Below, one piece after another: positions 36,388 to 48,300 of a stretch of 64,000 nucleotides of DNA. The translations under genes were made by a program, and so were the position numbers. Within the stretch, counting starts at the first letter, position 1. The number at the start of each line of letters is the position of its first letter. This DNA comes from a virus (Duplodnaviria; Heunggongvirae; Uroviricota; Caudoviricetes): positions 10,988 to 74,987 of IMG/VR virus record IMGVR_UViG_3300028805_000065; one strand, 5' to 3'. Under the pieces are notes generated by a model, which made no database searches, had not been told where the DNA came from, and worked only from the letters and a program-made list of their open reading frames with translations.

Positions 36388-36681
36388 TTATCCGACAGTA
36401 GTCTGTCCTATCTTTCCAATCAAATCGCTGACGTAGTTAGAGCCACGGCTCATCACAATACCAGTCAGCACCATTCCAATATAGTGATTAACTGTCAATC
36501 CAAGCGGTACAAACATATCTGCATTAAATGCGAATGCGAGACCAACACCAACAATAATAGTCACAATCTGTGTGATCGCAGTTTTCTTGTCACCGCCATA
36601 AAACATATCGGCAATATTCTTGCCATACTCAACAAGACCCTCAATAAGAATCGCCACTGCAATAATAATTGCTATATTCAT
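36388..36681 (-). CDS. putative holin
   Basis: 97 aa, three hydrophobic segments, LTG...SRGSNYVSDL; adjacent to the lysin. Confidence 0.75.
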   Translation of the reverse strand: MNIAIIIAVAILIEGLVEYGKNIADMFYGGDKKTAITQIVTIIVGVGLAFAFNADMFVPLGLTVNHYIGMVLTGIVMSRGSNYVSDLIGKIGQTTVG

Positions 36682-36834
36682 AATTCTGTACCCCCTTATT
36701 TTGGTTCACCAAATAATCTTCCAGCTTTCTTACAAGAGTCAATGAATTCTTTTGTCGGTTTGTAATTCATTATATTTTTTACTTGCTCTTTATTCAGAAT
36801 AGGAAGAATTATTTTATTTATAACTTTGTATTCC

Positions 36835-37248
36835 TTAATTTCCTGTCTTAAAATCATTCTTTTCTAAATGTGTTTGATAATCATTTTTAATATATTCAAT
36901 CGTCGCTTCCGTCTGATGATTCAAAAATTGTGGGTGACTATTACAATAATTAGTATAATTTGTGATATCCTGTAGCACTTGCGTATAACTATCACGACTA
37001 TGCGACCATCCCTCAAGAATTTCATCCATGAATTTTAAGATACGAACACGGCACGAAATCGCACTACGTTCACTCAATTCTCCATCAAGTTTATCAATCT
37101 TTTCATCAAGTTTCTGAATCATTTCAACAATTTTCTTTGAACAATCGTCTTTATTGTCTTTGCGTTGCACAAGGAATTGTATAAAACCCCACAAAGCATT
37201 TGAACCTATAACAGCAATAAATATTGCTATAATTGAATCTCTGTCCAT
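36835..37248 (-). CDS. lysis-cassette membrane protein (holin-like, single N-terminal TM)
   Basis: IIAIFIAVIGSNALWGFIQFLV followed by coiled coil; located between lysin and holin. Confidence 0.6.
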   Translation of the reverse strand: MDRDSIIAIFIAVIGSNALWGFIQFLVQRKDNKDDCSKKIVEMIQKLDEKIDKLDGELSERSAISCRVRILKFMDEILEGWSHSRDSYTQVLQDITNYTNYCNSHPQFLNHQTEATIEYIKNDYQTHLEKNDFKTGN

Positions 37249-37264
37249 TTGTCTAATTCCCCCA

Positions 37265-39001
37265 TTATTTCTTTTTTATATAGGAAGAATAGACGTAGCC
37301 AAACTTCCCATTGTATTTAATCAAATACCAGTTGCCATCTTGGTGGCAAACGCCTACCTCTGTTCCTTTACGAAGAGGTGAGAAACTACAAGTTTTAGCG
37401 GAAGTAGTAGGCTGAATTCTTACATTTAAAGTTCCATTTTTTGTATTAACAATTCCAGTCCATTTGACAGTATGAATATCGTCAACAACAGGATCTGGAT
37501 TCGACACCTCGCTAATCTTAGTTTTACCAATATACTGGCTCTGTACATATCCAAACTTACCATTGTACTTAATCAGATACCAATTGCCCTGTTCATAAGA
37601 CACACCAACTTCCGTACCTTGTTTCAAACCGCTAAAAGAACATTCTTTTGCTTTTGTATTAGGCTGAAGTCTGACTGCAAGCTTTGTATTCTTCCCAATA
37701 TTGACATAACCTTTCCACTTGACAGTATGCATATCATCTGCAACAACAACCTTATTTGTATCGGATGTGATAGCAGTAGAAGAGTAGGCTGGACGGCAGA
37801 ACTTTGTACCGGGCAGTTTAGAATTGTAATATGTCTTCATACATACTCCACCGCCATTCGCAACGATAGAAGATGCACCGCTCGTATTACCCTCAATTGT
37901 GACAAACTTATCACCGTCAACCGCAATGACTAATCCTGTATGAACGAATTTTCCATTACGTTTAAAGATTACAATATCGCCCACCTTTGGATTGGCATGA
38001 AGTGTGAATAATCCAGACATAGTAGGGCAGTATGTGTAAGGATAGTGTTTGAGTAATTCTTTCGCACGCTCCTTGCCTAGTGCTCTTGTAAATACCCAAC
38101 ATATCCAAATTGCGCACCACGGCTGACCTTGCCATTCCTGTTTAATCTCAAACCAGTGTTTGGTTGTATTTTCATCTGACGACCCTTTTGTTTTGTCATA
38201 AAGAATTTCTTTATTATTTTTATATTTAAGGGCTTTTTCAAGATATCCAAGGTCACTTTTCGCAACCTCAATTACCTTTTCAAGTTCAGATTTCTCTATA
38301 GGATTTTCTTCTTTTACAGGTTCAGAACTTGTATTTGTCACATGAGATGGACAAGTTTCCTTCCCATCAATCATCATGTGGAAATCATAATATTGATTAG
38401 ACATATCAACCACGCCACTAATGCCATTAACAGATTCCTTGGACGAGTACTGCCACATGACAAAATAGCCTGTATATTTAGTCATTGTTACGCCATATTC
38501 AGCGACCCAAGTATTTTTAACGGCATCAGATGGGATCTGACTCATATCGATATTGTTATAAAACCAAGACCGTGATGCATAAATTCCGCATGGGATTCCC
38601 CACTTCAGCAAATCTTCACAGATAATACGGAGCATTCTTGTTCTCTTGGCTTGAGATAATTTATCAGAACGTCCACTCTTATCACGCTGAACAACCTCGC
38701 TATCAAGAAATACAGGCATCATGATTCCACTATTAATTACTTCATTCTTAATAAACAGTGCTTCCTCATGCGCTTCTGAATCTGTAATAGAGCATGGGAA
38801 GAAATAAAAGCTATGTTCAATGCCATATTCTTCACAGGCTTTTCTGTATTCTTTATATCTTGGGTCATAAGTAATGATTCCTGTTTTACTTCCTCGGTAA
38901 CCGATTCTAATTATTACAGGATATCCAGTGGCTTTAACTTTTGTCCAATTTGTAACATTATTAAATTGGGATATATCTATTACCTTTCGTTTAACAACCA
39001 T
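37265..39001 (-). CDS. endolysin: GH25 muramidase + CHAP-like domain + 2 SH3-like domains
   Basis: IDISQFN, VFLDSE, GIYAS..W, MWQYSS; QPWCAIW...HTGLV...TIEGNT; two NVRIQP...WYLIKYNGKFGYV repeats; AGGAGG RBS. Confidence 0.92.
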   Translation of the reverse strand: MVVKRKVIDISQFNNVTNWTKVKATGYPVIIRIGYRGSKTGIITYDPRYKEYRKACEEYGIEHSFYFFPCSITDSEAHEEALFIKNEVINSGIMMPVFLDSEVVQRDKSGRSDKLSQAKRTRMLRIICEDLLKWGIPCGIYASRSWFYNNIDMSQIPSDAVKNTWVAEYGVTMTKYTGYFVMWQYSSKESVNGISGVVDMSNQYYDFHMMIDGKETCPSHVTNTSSEPVKEENPIEKSELEKVIEVAKSDLGYLEKALKYKNNKEILYDKTKGSSDENTTKHWFEIKQEWQGQPWCAIWICWVFTRALGKERAKELLKHYPYTYCPTMSGLFTLHANPKVGDIVIFKRNGKFVHTGLVIAVDGDKFVTIEGNTSGASSIVANGGGVCMKTYYNSKLPGTKFCRPAYSSTAITSDTNKVVVADDMHTVKWKGYVNIGKNTKLAVRLQPNTKAKECSFSGLKQGTEVGVSYEQGNWYLIKYNGKFGYVQSQYIGKTKISEVSNPDPVVDDIHTVKWTGIVNTKNGTLNVRIQPTTSAKTCSFSPLRKGTEVGVCHQDGNWYLIKYNGKFGYVYSSYIKKK

Positions 39002-39023
39002 ATATACCTCCTTTCTAAATAAC

Positions 39024-39050
39024 AAAAGGACTCCAGTTTCCCAGAGTCCT
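39024..39050 (-). terminator. intrinsic terminator
   Basis: Minus strand AGGACTCTGG-GAAA-CTGGAGTCCT followed by TTT. Confidence 0.7.
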
Positions 39051-39059
39051 AACCATCAA

Positions 39060-40235
39060 TTACCACTTTTTAGATTTAGCATTTAACAAAGAATTAATCT
39101 CATCTTGAATAAGTTGCCCATATCCAGCACCAAATGTTTTATCAAGATTTTTTATTCTTTCTTCGTTTTTACCATAATCTAATTCTCCATTTATAATTTT
39201 TTGTGCTATACGAACCATAAGTGTCACTCGTGTCTGAATAGTAGTAGGTTCATATCCTGCATCTAATAATCTAGTAATTCTAGCATTATCAGATTTATAT
39301 TTTCCCATAAAAACATCTCTAACTACATTAACTATCCCAGTTGTCTTAAGAGTATTTGCTCCTTTGTATGGTACAGAAAATGTATATTTTTTATTATTTT
39401 TATAAATAGTAAATTTACCATTAGCAATTACAAAGTTGATATCACCAACACATTCAAGAACTTTAATTCCAGCTTGTTTGCAACGATTTGCACCATATTC
39501 TGTAAATCCAGTTGTACCAACACCATTAGGTTCAAGCTGATTATACCAACAATAATCTGCCCCATTCGCTTTTAAACCTTCTGCTTGACTGCGTGGGCAG
39601 CAATTTCCATGATGAGGAATTTTGAAAAACTTAACTTTAATACCAAGTTTCTTAATAAAATCCCAAACCCTATCTGTGCCATCACCACTTGTCCAATAGT
39701 ACCATTCATAAAAATAACAACATAAAGAACCACCATTTACATAATCCCAACCTTCGGTATCATCATCTTCAACACGACTAGGTTGCTCTCTAAATACTTT
39801 AAATTTAATATCTCCAAGTTCAACTTTATCTCCATGTTTTAAAAACTTAACAGGGATTTTCTTTGCTTTTGCTTTAGCTATAATTCTACCAAGATAATCT
39901 ATATCTTCACGAACAGATTCGCTTCCTTTGTTATTTCTTAATCCCCCCTTTAACGAATCAGGGTCATAACAATAAAAAGCAAGAACCGTAAAATAACTAT
40001 CTTCGATAATCTTCTTTAATCCAAATGCATGGTCATAATGTGGGTGGGAGAGTAAAAGATATACTTTTTTTATTTTGTTTCTTTTTAAATAAGAAATGAG
40101 AGCTGTGGTACATTCATCACAGCCCCCATCAATTATAAAACAAATTTTATTTTTATCATCTATCCATACTTGCGCATCACCATGCCTTGTTTCTTTACTG
40201 GGTCTACTAAACCCAGCTACCCAACCTCTAATCAT
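39060..40235 (-). CDS. metallo-beta-lactamase-fold hydrolase (ComEC/Pce-like) with C-terminal Cpl-7-like repeats
   Basis: IIDGG, SHPHYDH (HxHxDH), KIPHHG; C-terminal GKYK..NARITRL..AGY and GELDYGKNEERIKNL. Confidence 0.8.
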   Translation of the reverse strand: MIRGWVAGFSRPSKETRHGDAQVWIDDKNKICFIIDGGCDECTTALISYLKRNKIKKVYLLLSHPHYDHAFGLKKIIEDSYFTVLAFYCYDPDSLKGGLRNNKGSESVREDIDYLGRIIAKAKAKKIPVKFLKHGDKVELGDIKFKVFREQPSRVEDDDTEGWDYVNGGSLCCYFYEWYYWTSGDGTDRVWDFIKKLGIKVKFFKIPHHGNCCPRSQAEGLKANGADYCWYNQLEPNGVGTTGFTEYGANRCKQAGIKVLECVGDINFVIANGKFTIYKNNKKYTFSVPYKGANTLKTTGIVNVVRDVFMGKYKSDNARITRLLDAGYEPTTIQTRVTLMVRIAQKIINGELDYGKNEERIKNLDKTFGAGYGQLIQDEINSLLNAKSKKW

Positions 40236-40253
40236 ATATAATCACCCCTTTAA

Positions 40254-42653
40254 TTACGTCCACGTATATGTATTATTTAAATATATTAATATAAAACTAA
40301 TTGTTGGACTTGAAGTAGAAGAACTAAAATTCCTACATCTAATATGCACTTTATTATTATTATCAATATAAGCTCCTGTTGCTCCTGTATATGCTGAATT
40401 AGTACCAACAACCATAATTGTTTTTGAATATCCAGCTAAATTAGGAAAACTAACGTTAGTTGTTACATCGGTATATCCGCTTGCAAGATTAGAAGCAGTA
40501 TAAGAAGCTGACTTCCATTTGAAAGGTGGCATTGAAGTATCAAAACCACTTGCGGTTCTTATATTTCCATCCCAACCAACAGTTAAAAGATTTGAACGAA
40601 CTGGCGTATAATTTTCATCAACAGTTCCATTACCAATTATCATCGCATATTCATAATTTGTATCTTCAATATTGTATCTGCCAAATACTGCTTGATTATC
40701 ACCTGAGCCAAGCAGACCATAACCATGAGTAAAAGAACCATTCCCACTAACAGTAGAATTAAGACCACCAACATGCGATGTTGTTCCACTTACAGTATTA
40801 CCACTTCCTTCCGCACTGGAATATGCGCCACTAGCAGTATTATTATATCCTTCTGCATGTGACATTAATCCAGAAGCAGTATTATTATATCCTTGTGCAT
40901 TAGAAGCATATCCACTAGCTTCATTATTACTTCCTTCTGCAACTGAATAATTGCCTACAGCTGAATTTGCTTTACGTGTTCCAATTGAATAATAAGGTGC
41001 AACAGCAGTCCCACTTTGAGCATTTCCTTCACCATATCCAAGATGAACATATTCATTACTGTTTCGTTTTAAATCAAAACTATCTTCATCAATATTTACA
41101 GATGTACTTGATGTTCCTATTTGAATTCCGCTGCTTCCAAAAGATGCCAATGTATTTTGACCATTCCTAATATTTACAGATGAATTATTAATAAATACAT
41201 TATTACCAGTTGCAGTACTTGGAGTTTGTCTACCATCGTTCATATCTGCAACCATAATACCTGTAGAATCATTCGATAAATAATTAATCGCAACTTTTCT
41301 AGCATTTATTGCATTAGCATTCGCATCAGTAAGAGCGCTATCTAAAACTGGAGTTGTATCTGTTGGAGAACTGCCATTGTCCCATACAATATGACTTCTT
41401 GTCCAATAATATCTACCCTCTACATAAGCTTGAGGACTATCAGACCATGAACCATCAGCTTGTGTAGTATCAGAAGTGGATAAATAATACTGATTTGTAA
41501 CAGATGATATACCTTTGCCAGTTGTACCTTTTATATTATTTACATACACCCATTTTGCTGTAGATGCATTTCCACCTAATGTACAACGGTAAGTATTATA
41601 CGTGCTAGTATTTAAATACATATCACCAACGACAGCAGATGTTATTCCGCTACCAGAAAATACACTGGCTGTAGTAGACGTACCTGTAATTTTAGTACCA
41701 CTATACCATCTACCACCATCTTTACCATCTTCTCCATCAAGTGTAAGAGCATAAGTAAATTCTTTTGTGAAAGTTTTCCCATCTATAGTAATTGGAATAG
41801 TTAATACTCCATTCTTAGTTACCATAGATGTAGTAACATTAACTTTAAACGCTGTATTAACAGTACCATTATTTAATAAAGTCGTAGTCATACCAGTTGG
41901 TTGACCAGTAATCGTACCAATTGTAGATGCAACTTGTGTTGCGCCTTTATAAGCAATAACATTACATTCAATCTCACTTGCAATTGCTGAAGTTGTGTTG
42001 CCAGCAAATGTATGATTTTCATTTGTTAATATTATAGTATAAGCATCTTTACCATTAGTGCCATTTGTTCCATCTATCCCATCGCTAATAACAGGAATAG
42101 TCTGTTGGTCAAGTAATGTAGTAGTACCATCTTTTAAATATAAATTACAACGAATCGCAACAATATCGTCTATTACATTCCAAGTTGTTGTTGACTCATT
42201 GGCACTTGATGTATATTGCGTAGTCCAAGTAGAATTATCGGTTGTTGTTTCAATTTTAAATCTTCCTGTGTAATTAGTCATAGCGCTACTGCCAGTTTGA
42301 GACTTGGCGGTTAATGTAATTGAGGTAGGTGAAATGTCACTATTCTTATCTTTTACAATAGCAAGATTTGACACAATCAAACTATATGTAACGGCAGATG
42401 GACCAGTTCCACCCCTTATACTGACACGATTACCAGCCAATACAGTAGTGCCATCGGCAGACATAGATAATACTGTATATCTATAATAACTATACATAAT
42501 AATATCTCCAACTTTAACGGATGTATCTGAATCACCTGTTAAGTTGGAGATAGTAAAAGTGTAGTTTGGAGATTTTGGTGCTACGGTCGTAGTCCAAATC
42601 TGCGACCCCTCTTGCACTTCTGTTATTGTATATGTGCCGTAGCTTATTGCCAT
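40254..42653 (-). CDS. tail fibre / receptor-binding protein with collagen-like and YadA-head-like repeats
   Basis: DGIDGTNGTNGKD; (S/A)xAEG.NN.ASG repeats near the C-terminus; position after Tal. Confidence 0.75.
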   Translation of the reverse strand: MAISYGTYTITEVQEGSQIWTTTVAPKSPNYTFTISNLTGDSDTSVKVGDIIMYSYYRYTVLSMSADGTTVLAGNRVSIRGGTGPSAVTYSLIVSNLAIVKDKNSDISPTSITLTAKSQTGSSAMTNYTGRFKIETTTDNSTWTTQYTSSANESTTTWNVIDDIVAIRCNLYLKDGTTTLLDQQTIPVISDGIDGTNGTNGKDAYTIILTNENHTFAGNTTSAIASEIECNVIAYKGATQVASTIGTITGQPTGMTTTLLNNGTVNTAFKVNVTTSMVTKNGVLTIPITIDGKTFTKEFTYALTLDGEDGKDGGRWYSGTKITGTSTTASVFSGSGITSAVVGDMYLNTSTYNTYRCTLGGNASTAKWVYVNNIKGTTGKGISSVTNQYYLSTSDTTQADGSWSDSPQAYVEGRYYWTRSHIVWDNGSSPTDTTPVLDSALTDANANAINARKVAINYLSNDSTGIMVADMNDGRQTPSTATGNNVFINNSSVNIRNGQNTLASFGSSGIQIGTSSTSVNIDEDSFDLKRNSNEYVHLGYGEGNAQSGTAVAPYYSIGTRKANSAVGNYSVAEGSNNEASGYASNAQGYNNTASGLMSHAEGYNNTASGAYSSAEGSGNTVSGTTSHVGGLNSTVSGNGSFTHGYGLLGSGDNQAVFGRYNIEDTNYEYAMIIGNGTVDENYTPVRSNLLTVGWDGNIRTASGFDTSMPPFKWKSASYTASNLASGYTDVTTNVSFPNLAGYSKTIMVVGTNSAYTGATGAYIDNNNKVHIRCRNFSSSTSSPTISFILIYLNNTYTWT

Positions 42654-42674
42654 ACAAGCACCCCCTTTTATTCT

Positions 42675-45245
42675 TTATATGGTGACTTTTACATCAACAA
42701 TTAATTTCTTGTCAACTAAATCACCATCAACATATATTACCTTTGAACCTCTATCATTTACTCCTGTATCACCAGCAGATGGAGTTCCCTCGGTGATAAT
42801 ATTTCCATCTTTGTCACGATAAAACCATTCATATTTGCCTGTGTAACTATCAGAAGAAACTTGCCAACTTGTAGTATATTTATATAATACTAATGTTTTG
42901 TCTGACTCTTTTAGCAAGTAACAATAGTCGCCATTCTTTGCGCCAGTTGGTAATTCTCCAACTGATTCGACAAACCTCTCTGACTTAATCGGGTCAATTT
43001 CTTGCCCATTCCTATACACTAATGCATATAATGCACCAACCGCATTACCATTAATAAATTTATCCCCGACAGAAGAAAGTACAGTAACTTGAATCGGATC
43101 TGTTTTATCAACGAGCGACATATATTGGATATATGGATTCCCACCATATGTAACAGTACATCTATAAGATGCATAACCATCTACAGTAGAACCAGCAATT
43201 GTAATCTTTTTCGACGTTTGACCATCAATCGTTTGATAACTTGTTCCGTTAAACTTTGCCCAAACAAATGTACTGGAATTTGTAACATTTGTAGTTCCGT
43301 CATAAACAGTAGCCTCAATATCTAAACTGCCAGCACCGTTTTCAAAATAATTTCCTTTTGGAGTTGACAACTGAAGAATAACAGAATTGATACCATTCAC
43401 GCCATCTCTAGCCTGTCTGTTTTTACCCCAACTATAATCATATGTTACTGTTTTATTTGCTTTGGTAAATTTAAATGTAAATGTTATTGTGCCACCATCA
43501 GTGGGGACAGATGTTCCTGCTGGGATTACATACACAATACTTCCGTCCGCTGATGTAGTCGCATTTGTAACAGTAGGAGATATACCAAGTAGTGTCGGGT
43601 ATGCATTGTTTTGTTTAACAACCGTAGTCGCAACCTTTGTTATACCTTGATATCCAGCAAATGGTATTGTAACCGTATATGCAGTTGATACGTTGTTGTC
43701 ACTATTTGTGGGTATACCATCATAAGAATTGCCTACGATTACATTAAGTGCATCTACGCCGTCATCGCCCTCGTCACCTTTATCACCTTTTTGCCCCTCT
43801 AAAGTAATAGCGACGGTCTGTGTATCTAATTTTGTAGATGTTCCACCACTCTTATAAAGGACGCAAACGATAGATGTACAAGTAGAAGACGGTACATATG
43901 TATGATATCCATTGCTCTCATCAGAACCAGATGTATATTGTGCCTGTGTAGATGATGTGATTTCACTTGCCAAGATATTCTCATATATTTTAAAACGTCC
44001 ATGATAAAGACTCTTTGTTTGATTCTCGGTCTGATATGCATAGAATGTAACAGATTGTGGTGTATAAACAGGATTAACGTCATCCCTTGTTTTATTTAAT
44101 GTATAAGTATCTGGTTCAAGGCTATATACAATTGGGTTTTTGCCATCAGCGCCACTTTGAACTTTAACTACAGAAAACTGTTTAAGTAATGGGGTCTTCC
44201 CTGTTTTTTCTGCTTTAAAAGTAATATATCCAGTATTGCCAGTTAAACCAGTAATAGTAACAGTGTCATTTGTGGTTGTTGTTGACGAAGCAGTATATGT
44301 CACGTTCGACATCATATTGGACGGTAATGTAATAGTCCATTGACTTGTTACATCTACTCCGCTTTCATAGATAATCATTCTAGAAACTGCACCACTATAA
44401 TCTCCAACACCGCTAGAGTTAAACGGTATCATTTGGTCTTCGTTTGTAAGAACCGCAGAAATAGTATCCGCACCAGCAGCACCGTCTTTAAGTTTTGTTA
44501 TTGTATGTAAATCATAAATGCTACTATCGGCGGTACAAAGTTTAATAACGCACTTATCATTTGTAAAAACGTTATCTGTATTATTTACAACAAGAGTAGG
44601 GTCTGTCGTACTGCCTTGGTAAGTAGCCCATGTACCATCACCTTTCTGATACTGCCAAGCAGTAATAGAACCATTAGTAACTCTTCCTGTAAGAGTAATT
44701 GATGTTGCACCCAAAGGACTTCCATCGCCCTTATATTTAAATATGCTTTCGCCAGTAATAGTTGCGGTTTTAGCAGTAGACGCCTGTTTAACAAGGCTGA
44801 AAGTAATTTCGCCTTGCGCAGTTAATGTTTGCCTGCTTGTTGGTTCGACATATGATACAGCTACAATATATGTAAGCAATGTGCTGCTTTCTGTAAATTT
44901 ATTTGCATTAACTTTTAAAATGCCATTTGTCACTGTTTCATTAGTTGTGAGCGCAGTAGGGCTACCAGAACCTACTTGTCTAGTCCAAGTTACTGTAACA
45001 CCACTTGCTAGAGTTCCTACATATTGTCCATTATTTTCAGTTACAGTAATTAAAGATTCGCTTCCATACCAAATTGAAGGGACAAGCCAAAGATTACTTG
45101 TTCCCCAGTTCGGCGTAAATGAGCCTTGGTCTGGATTATATATTATGCTTAATGGCAAATTAGATTTTGGGTATACAGATAATTGTCCGACATCTGTTAC
45201 GTCAACTATTGAAATACTGCCATAAGCCACAGTAGTTGTTGCCAT
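42675..45245 (-). CDS. minor tail/baseplate protein with tandem beta-sandwich domains
   Basis: Thr/Ser/Gly-rich beta pattern, GQKGDKGDEG; position after Tal. Confidence 0.7.
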   Translation of the reverse strand: MATTTVAYGSISIVDVTDVGQLSVYPKSNLPLSIIYNPDQGSFTPNWGTSNLWLVPSIWYGSESLITVTENNGQYVGTLASGVTVTWTRQVGSGSPTALTTNETVTNGILKVNANKFTESSTLLTYIVAVSYVEPTSRQTLTAQGEITFSLVKQASTAKTATITGESIFKYKGDGSPLGATSITLTGRVTNGSITAWQYQKGDGTWATYQGSTTDPTLVVNNTDNVFTNDKCVIKLCTADSSIYDLHTITKLKDGAAGADTISAVLTNEDQMIPFNSSGVGDYSGAVSRMIIYESGVDVTSQWTITLPSNMMSNVTYTASSTTTTNDTVTITGLTGNTGYITFKAEKTGKTPLLKQFSVVKVQSGADGKNPIVYSLEPDTYTLNKTRDDVNPVYTPQSVTFYAYQTENQTKSLYHGRFKIYENILASEITSSTQAQYTSGSDESNGYHTYVPSSTCTSIVCVLYKSGGTSTKLDTQTVAITLEGQKGDKGDEGDDGVDALNVIVGNSYDGIPTNSDNNVSTAYTVTIPFAGYQGITKVATTVVKQNNAYPTLLGISPTVTNATTSADGSIVYVIPAGTSVPTDGGTITFTFKFTKANKTVTYDYSWGKNRQARDGVNGINSVILQLSTPKGNYFENGAGSLDIEATVYDGTTNVTNSSTFVWAKFNGTSYQTIDGQTSKKITIAGSTVDGYASYRCTVTYGGNPYIQYMSLVDKTDPIQVTVLSSVGDKFINGNAVGALYALVYRNGQEIDPIKSERFVESVGELPTGAKNGDYCYLLKESDKTLVLYKYTTSWQVSSDSYTGKYEWFYRDKDGNIITEGTPSAGDTGVNDRGSKVIYVDGDLVDKKLIVDVKVTI

Positions 45246-45300
45246 AAAATTTCCTCCATAAAATACTAGAAATTATATTCTAGTTTAATCACCTTTTTAT

Positions 45301-48300
45301 TCATTGTTGTATTGTTACTTCACATCCAAAAATAGCCTTACTCATTACATCGTCCGTGTTAATCGTAATTGTATTAGAAGTAGTATATCTTGACCACGAA
45401 GTGTCAATTGTGCCATCGCTATTTTTTTTAGTCCATTTAAATTCAGTAACCTCAGAAGTGATATCTTCACCACCTTTATATACAGTTGCGGTAAGAATTG
45501 TTGATATATTTTTATTTTTAAAAATTACACCAGCACTAGAGTCTATTTGAATAGTTATTGGTAAAGATACATCAATTTCAGCTTCATCAATAGCATCATC
45601 TATATATTCTATAATAGGTAAACCACCTATAGTAATTGAATCACCTGCAATTTGCACATCACCATTTGAATCTACATAAATATATTTTTCTACATAAGGT
45701 CTACCTTGTTCATCTGTTTTTTCTTTTTGAATAACAAATAAATCTGTATTGTCATCACCATCAACAGCGGTTATTTTTAAACCGTCATTACCCATTTCGA
45801 ATTTACCAGATTCAGAATATATCTTAAGGTTTTCACCCAAGATGAGTTTACCGATAACGGTGTCAGCGATAATGCCATATGTCTCAACGGTTTCGCCAGT
45901 TTCAGGATCTACATATGAATAATGACCCAACCCGGTTGAAACCGTTTCCCACGCATCTTTTGTAATATAAATTCCGTTATTATAGATACGAGCCTGTTCT
46001 GGTAACGTCTCCGTGCCATCGACTCTTTTAAGTAAAATGCCGTCATCGTCATATACAATGTTCGTATTTCCTTTAGAGGTAATCGCTTTTATTTTACGAA
46101 AGTCAATTCCGTAATCTTTATATATTTTAATTGTTTCATTTGCGTCTTTGCCCTTGATGGCTTGTTTTGCTGTATAATCGTATGTCGTTGCCATGCTTCT
46201 AGATTTAGATAAAATTGAAGCAATATCTGATATACTTCCACCGACACGAATAACATCAGAAAATTCTACGTCAAGGTCTTCGATGCTATCGAAATCAATA
46301 GTCCAATTTGTGAGTCTTAATTTATATACATTTCCGTCTACCTCTAAATGAATCCAGTTACCAGTTTTAAACTTCCTCTGTAGTTTTATAAACTCTGGCA
46401 TTATTAAGAAATCAATAAGGGGAGCGGAGATAGTATGTTGTAACGTTGAAGCTTTTATTATTTCTTTATTGGCGGACTCGACAAAACGTTGAGCCTGTTC
46501 AATTATTTCGCCGTCAGTAAGTCCGTCAGAAATATAATTGCTATTTTGATATTCATCTTCACGCCTATAAAAAGAAAGTTCAGTCCATAATTCATCACCC
46601 AGATATGTTTGCATATCAAGCAATTTTGACAAATCATTCTGCACAATCACAATAACGTCAAGCAATCCAAGTTCTGGATATCTCGGATCTGTATTACCCT
46701 CATCATCAGTTGGGCGCTGAAGATAGGAAAGTTCTCTTTCTTTAACGGCGATTTCCGCCTGTATGGCACGACTCTTATCTAGATATGGTTTGTAGAGTTG
46801 TGTATAGATATCAGTGTTGACAGAGTCTTCGTTTGCAACACCTTGTTCAGTTAAGATTGTAATGGCGCTCGTTGCCATGCTATCCATAATACTTAAATAA
46901 TCTAACGAATATCCTTGTATTCTGGTTTCAAATGACTGTAGCGTTTCGTCTGAATTGAATAGCTTTACTACGCTGAGATCAGTGACCTCTCTATTAGCCA
47001 TTGCCTTTTGCACTGACTGATTTAACCATTCTGCATACTTGTCATTGCTTGTGCTATCGAATAAGGTTATTACAAAATCATCTGTAGCCTTATCCTCATC
47101 GTCAGTATATGATTGTATTGTTATTTCACCACTCCACTGCGTTCCTGTAATGTCATGTGTGAAGACAGTTATTTTATATCTTGATGTATCTATAAATACT
47201 TTTGCATATGATTGTATGGCGGAGTTTGCACTTGTATATGGTATCGTTCCGCTGACGCTTGAAATACCAACCTCATCAAGATTTCCATCAGATTGCAAAA
47301 TCTCTAACTGTTCAAACGCCGTTGTAGAATCAACCTTTTCTGATGTTGGCATTAATTCACTTTTTATAAACCCATAAAGATTAACGCCGTCATAATATGC
47401 TTCTGTCAGTTTTGACGTACCCACAATAGGGTATTCTATTTCATATAATTCATCACTGTAAGCACTATACTTTCTGACTAATGAATTGTAATTATCAACA
47501 TGTACTCTTGCGACACTCATGTTACGGGTCGTCTGATAATCGCTTACCAGTTGCTGATATTCCGTCACCTTTTGTCTTAACTCGTCAGACATGTCATCTA
47601 ACATATCGTCTGAAAAATACCATATGTATTGAGACATTGACGGATTACAAGACTTAATCGCCGCCGTCATTACATCATCACCAGCGACTAATCTAAAACA
47701 GTTCTTTAGATTATCCGTGTTTGACTCATAGTTTATAGACGTTGCAAGATTTTCCCTTGAAATAAATATTCCTGTATCTTCGCCATATCCATAAGTTATG
47801 TTTGTAGATCCACAGTTTGTGCAAACATGCTCAGAATAATTGCCACGTTTGCCACACTCGTTACAATAATCCTCAAGGTCGTATGCGCTTATTGTACGAT
47901 GATACTTTCCATCGTTCTCCGCCCATTCACCATACACAAACAGACAACCAACTTCTTCGGCTATCTGATTTAAAGCGTCTTGAATGGAAGTGCCATTAAA
48001 AGAAAACTGTCGCCACAAACCTTTTAATGAATCATCGACATGATAAATCTGATAGTGTGGTGCTTTGTCGCTTAAGACACGGTGTAGAAGAGAGGCTTTG
48101 GGATTATCCTCATCATAGAAAAATGTTTCCTCGTAGTCATCCCTTTCAATATCTGCATCAGTATTTATCTCTACCTCATACAAATTGAGTTGTCCAAGTT
48201 CAGCCTCATTGGCATGTACGCAAGTAACATGCTTAACAATATCGTCTTCCTCGTCTAACGTAACCTTTGCTTCAAACCAAGTGTTGTTGTATGGTATTTG

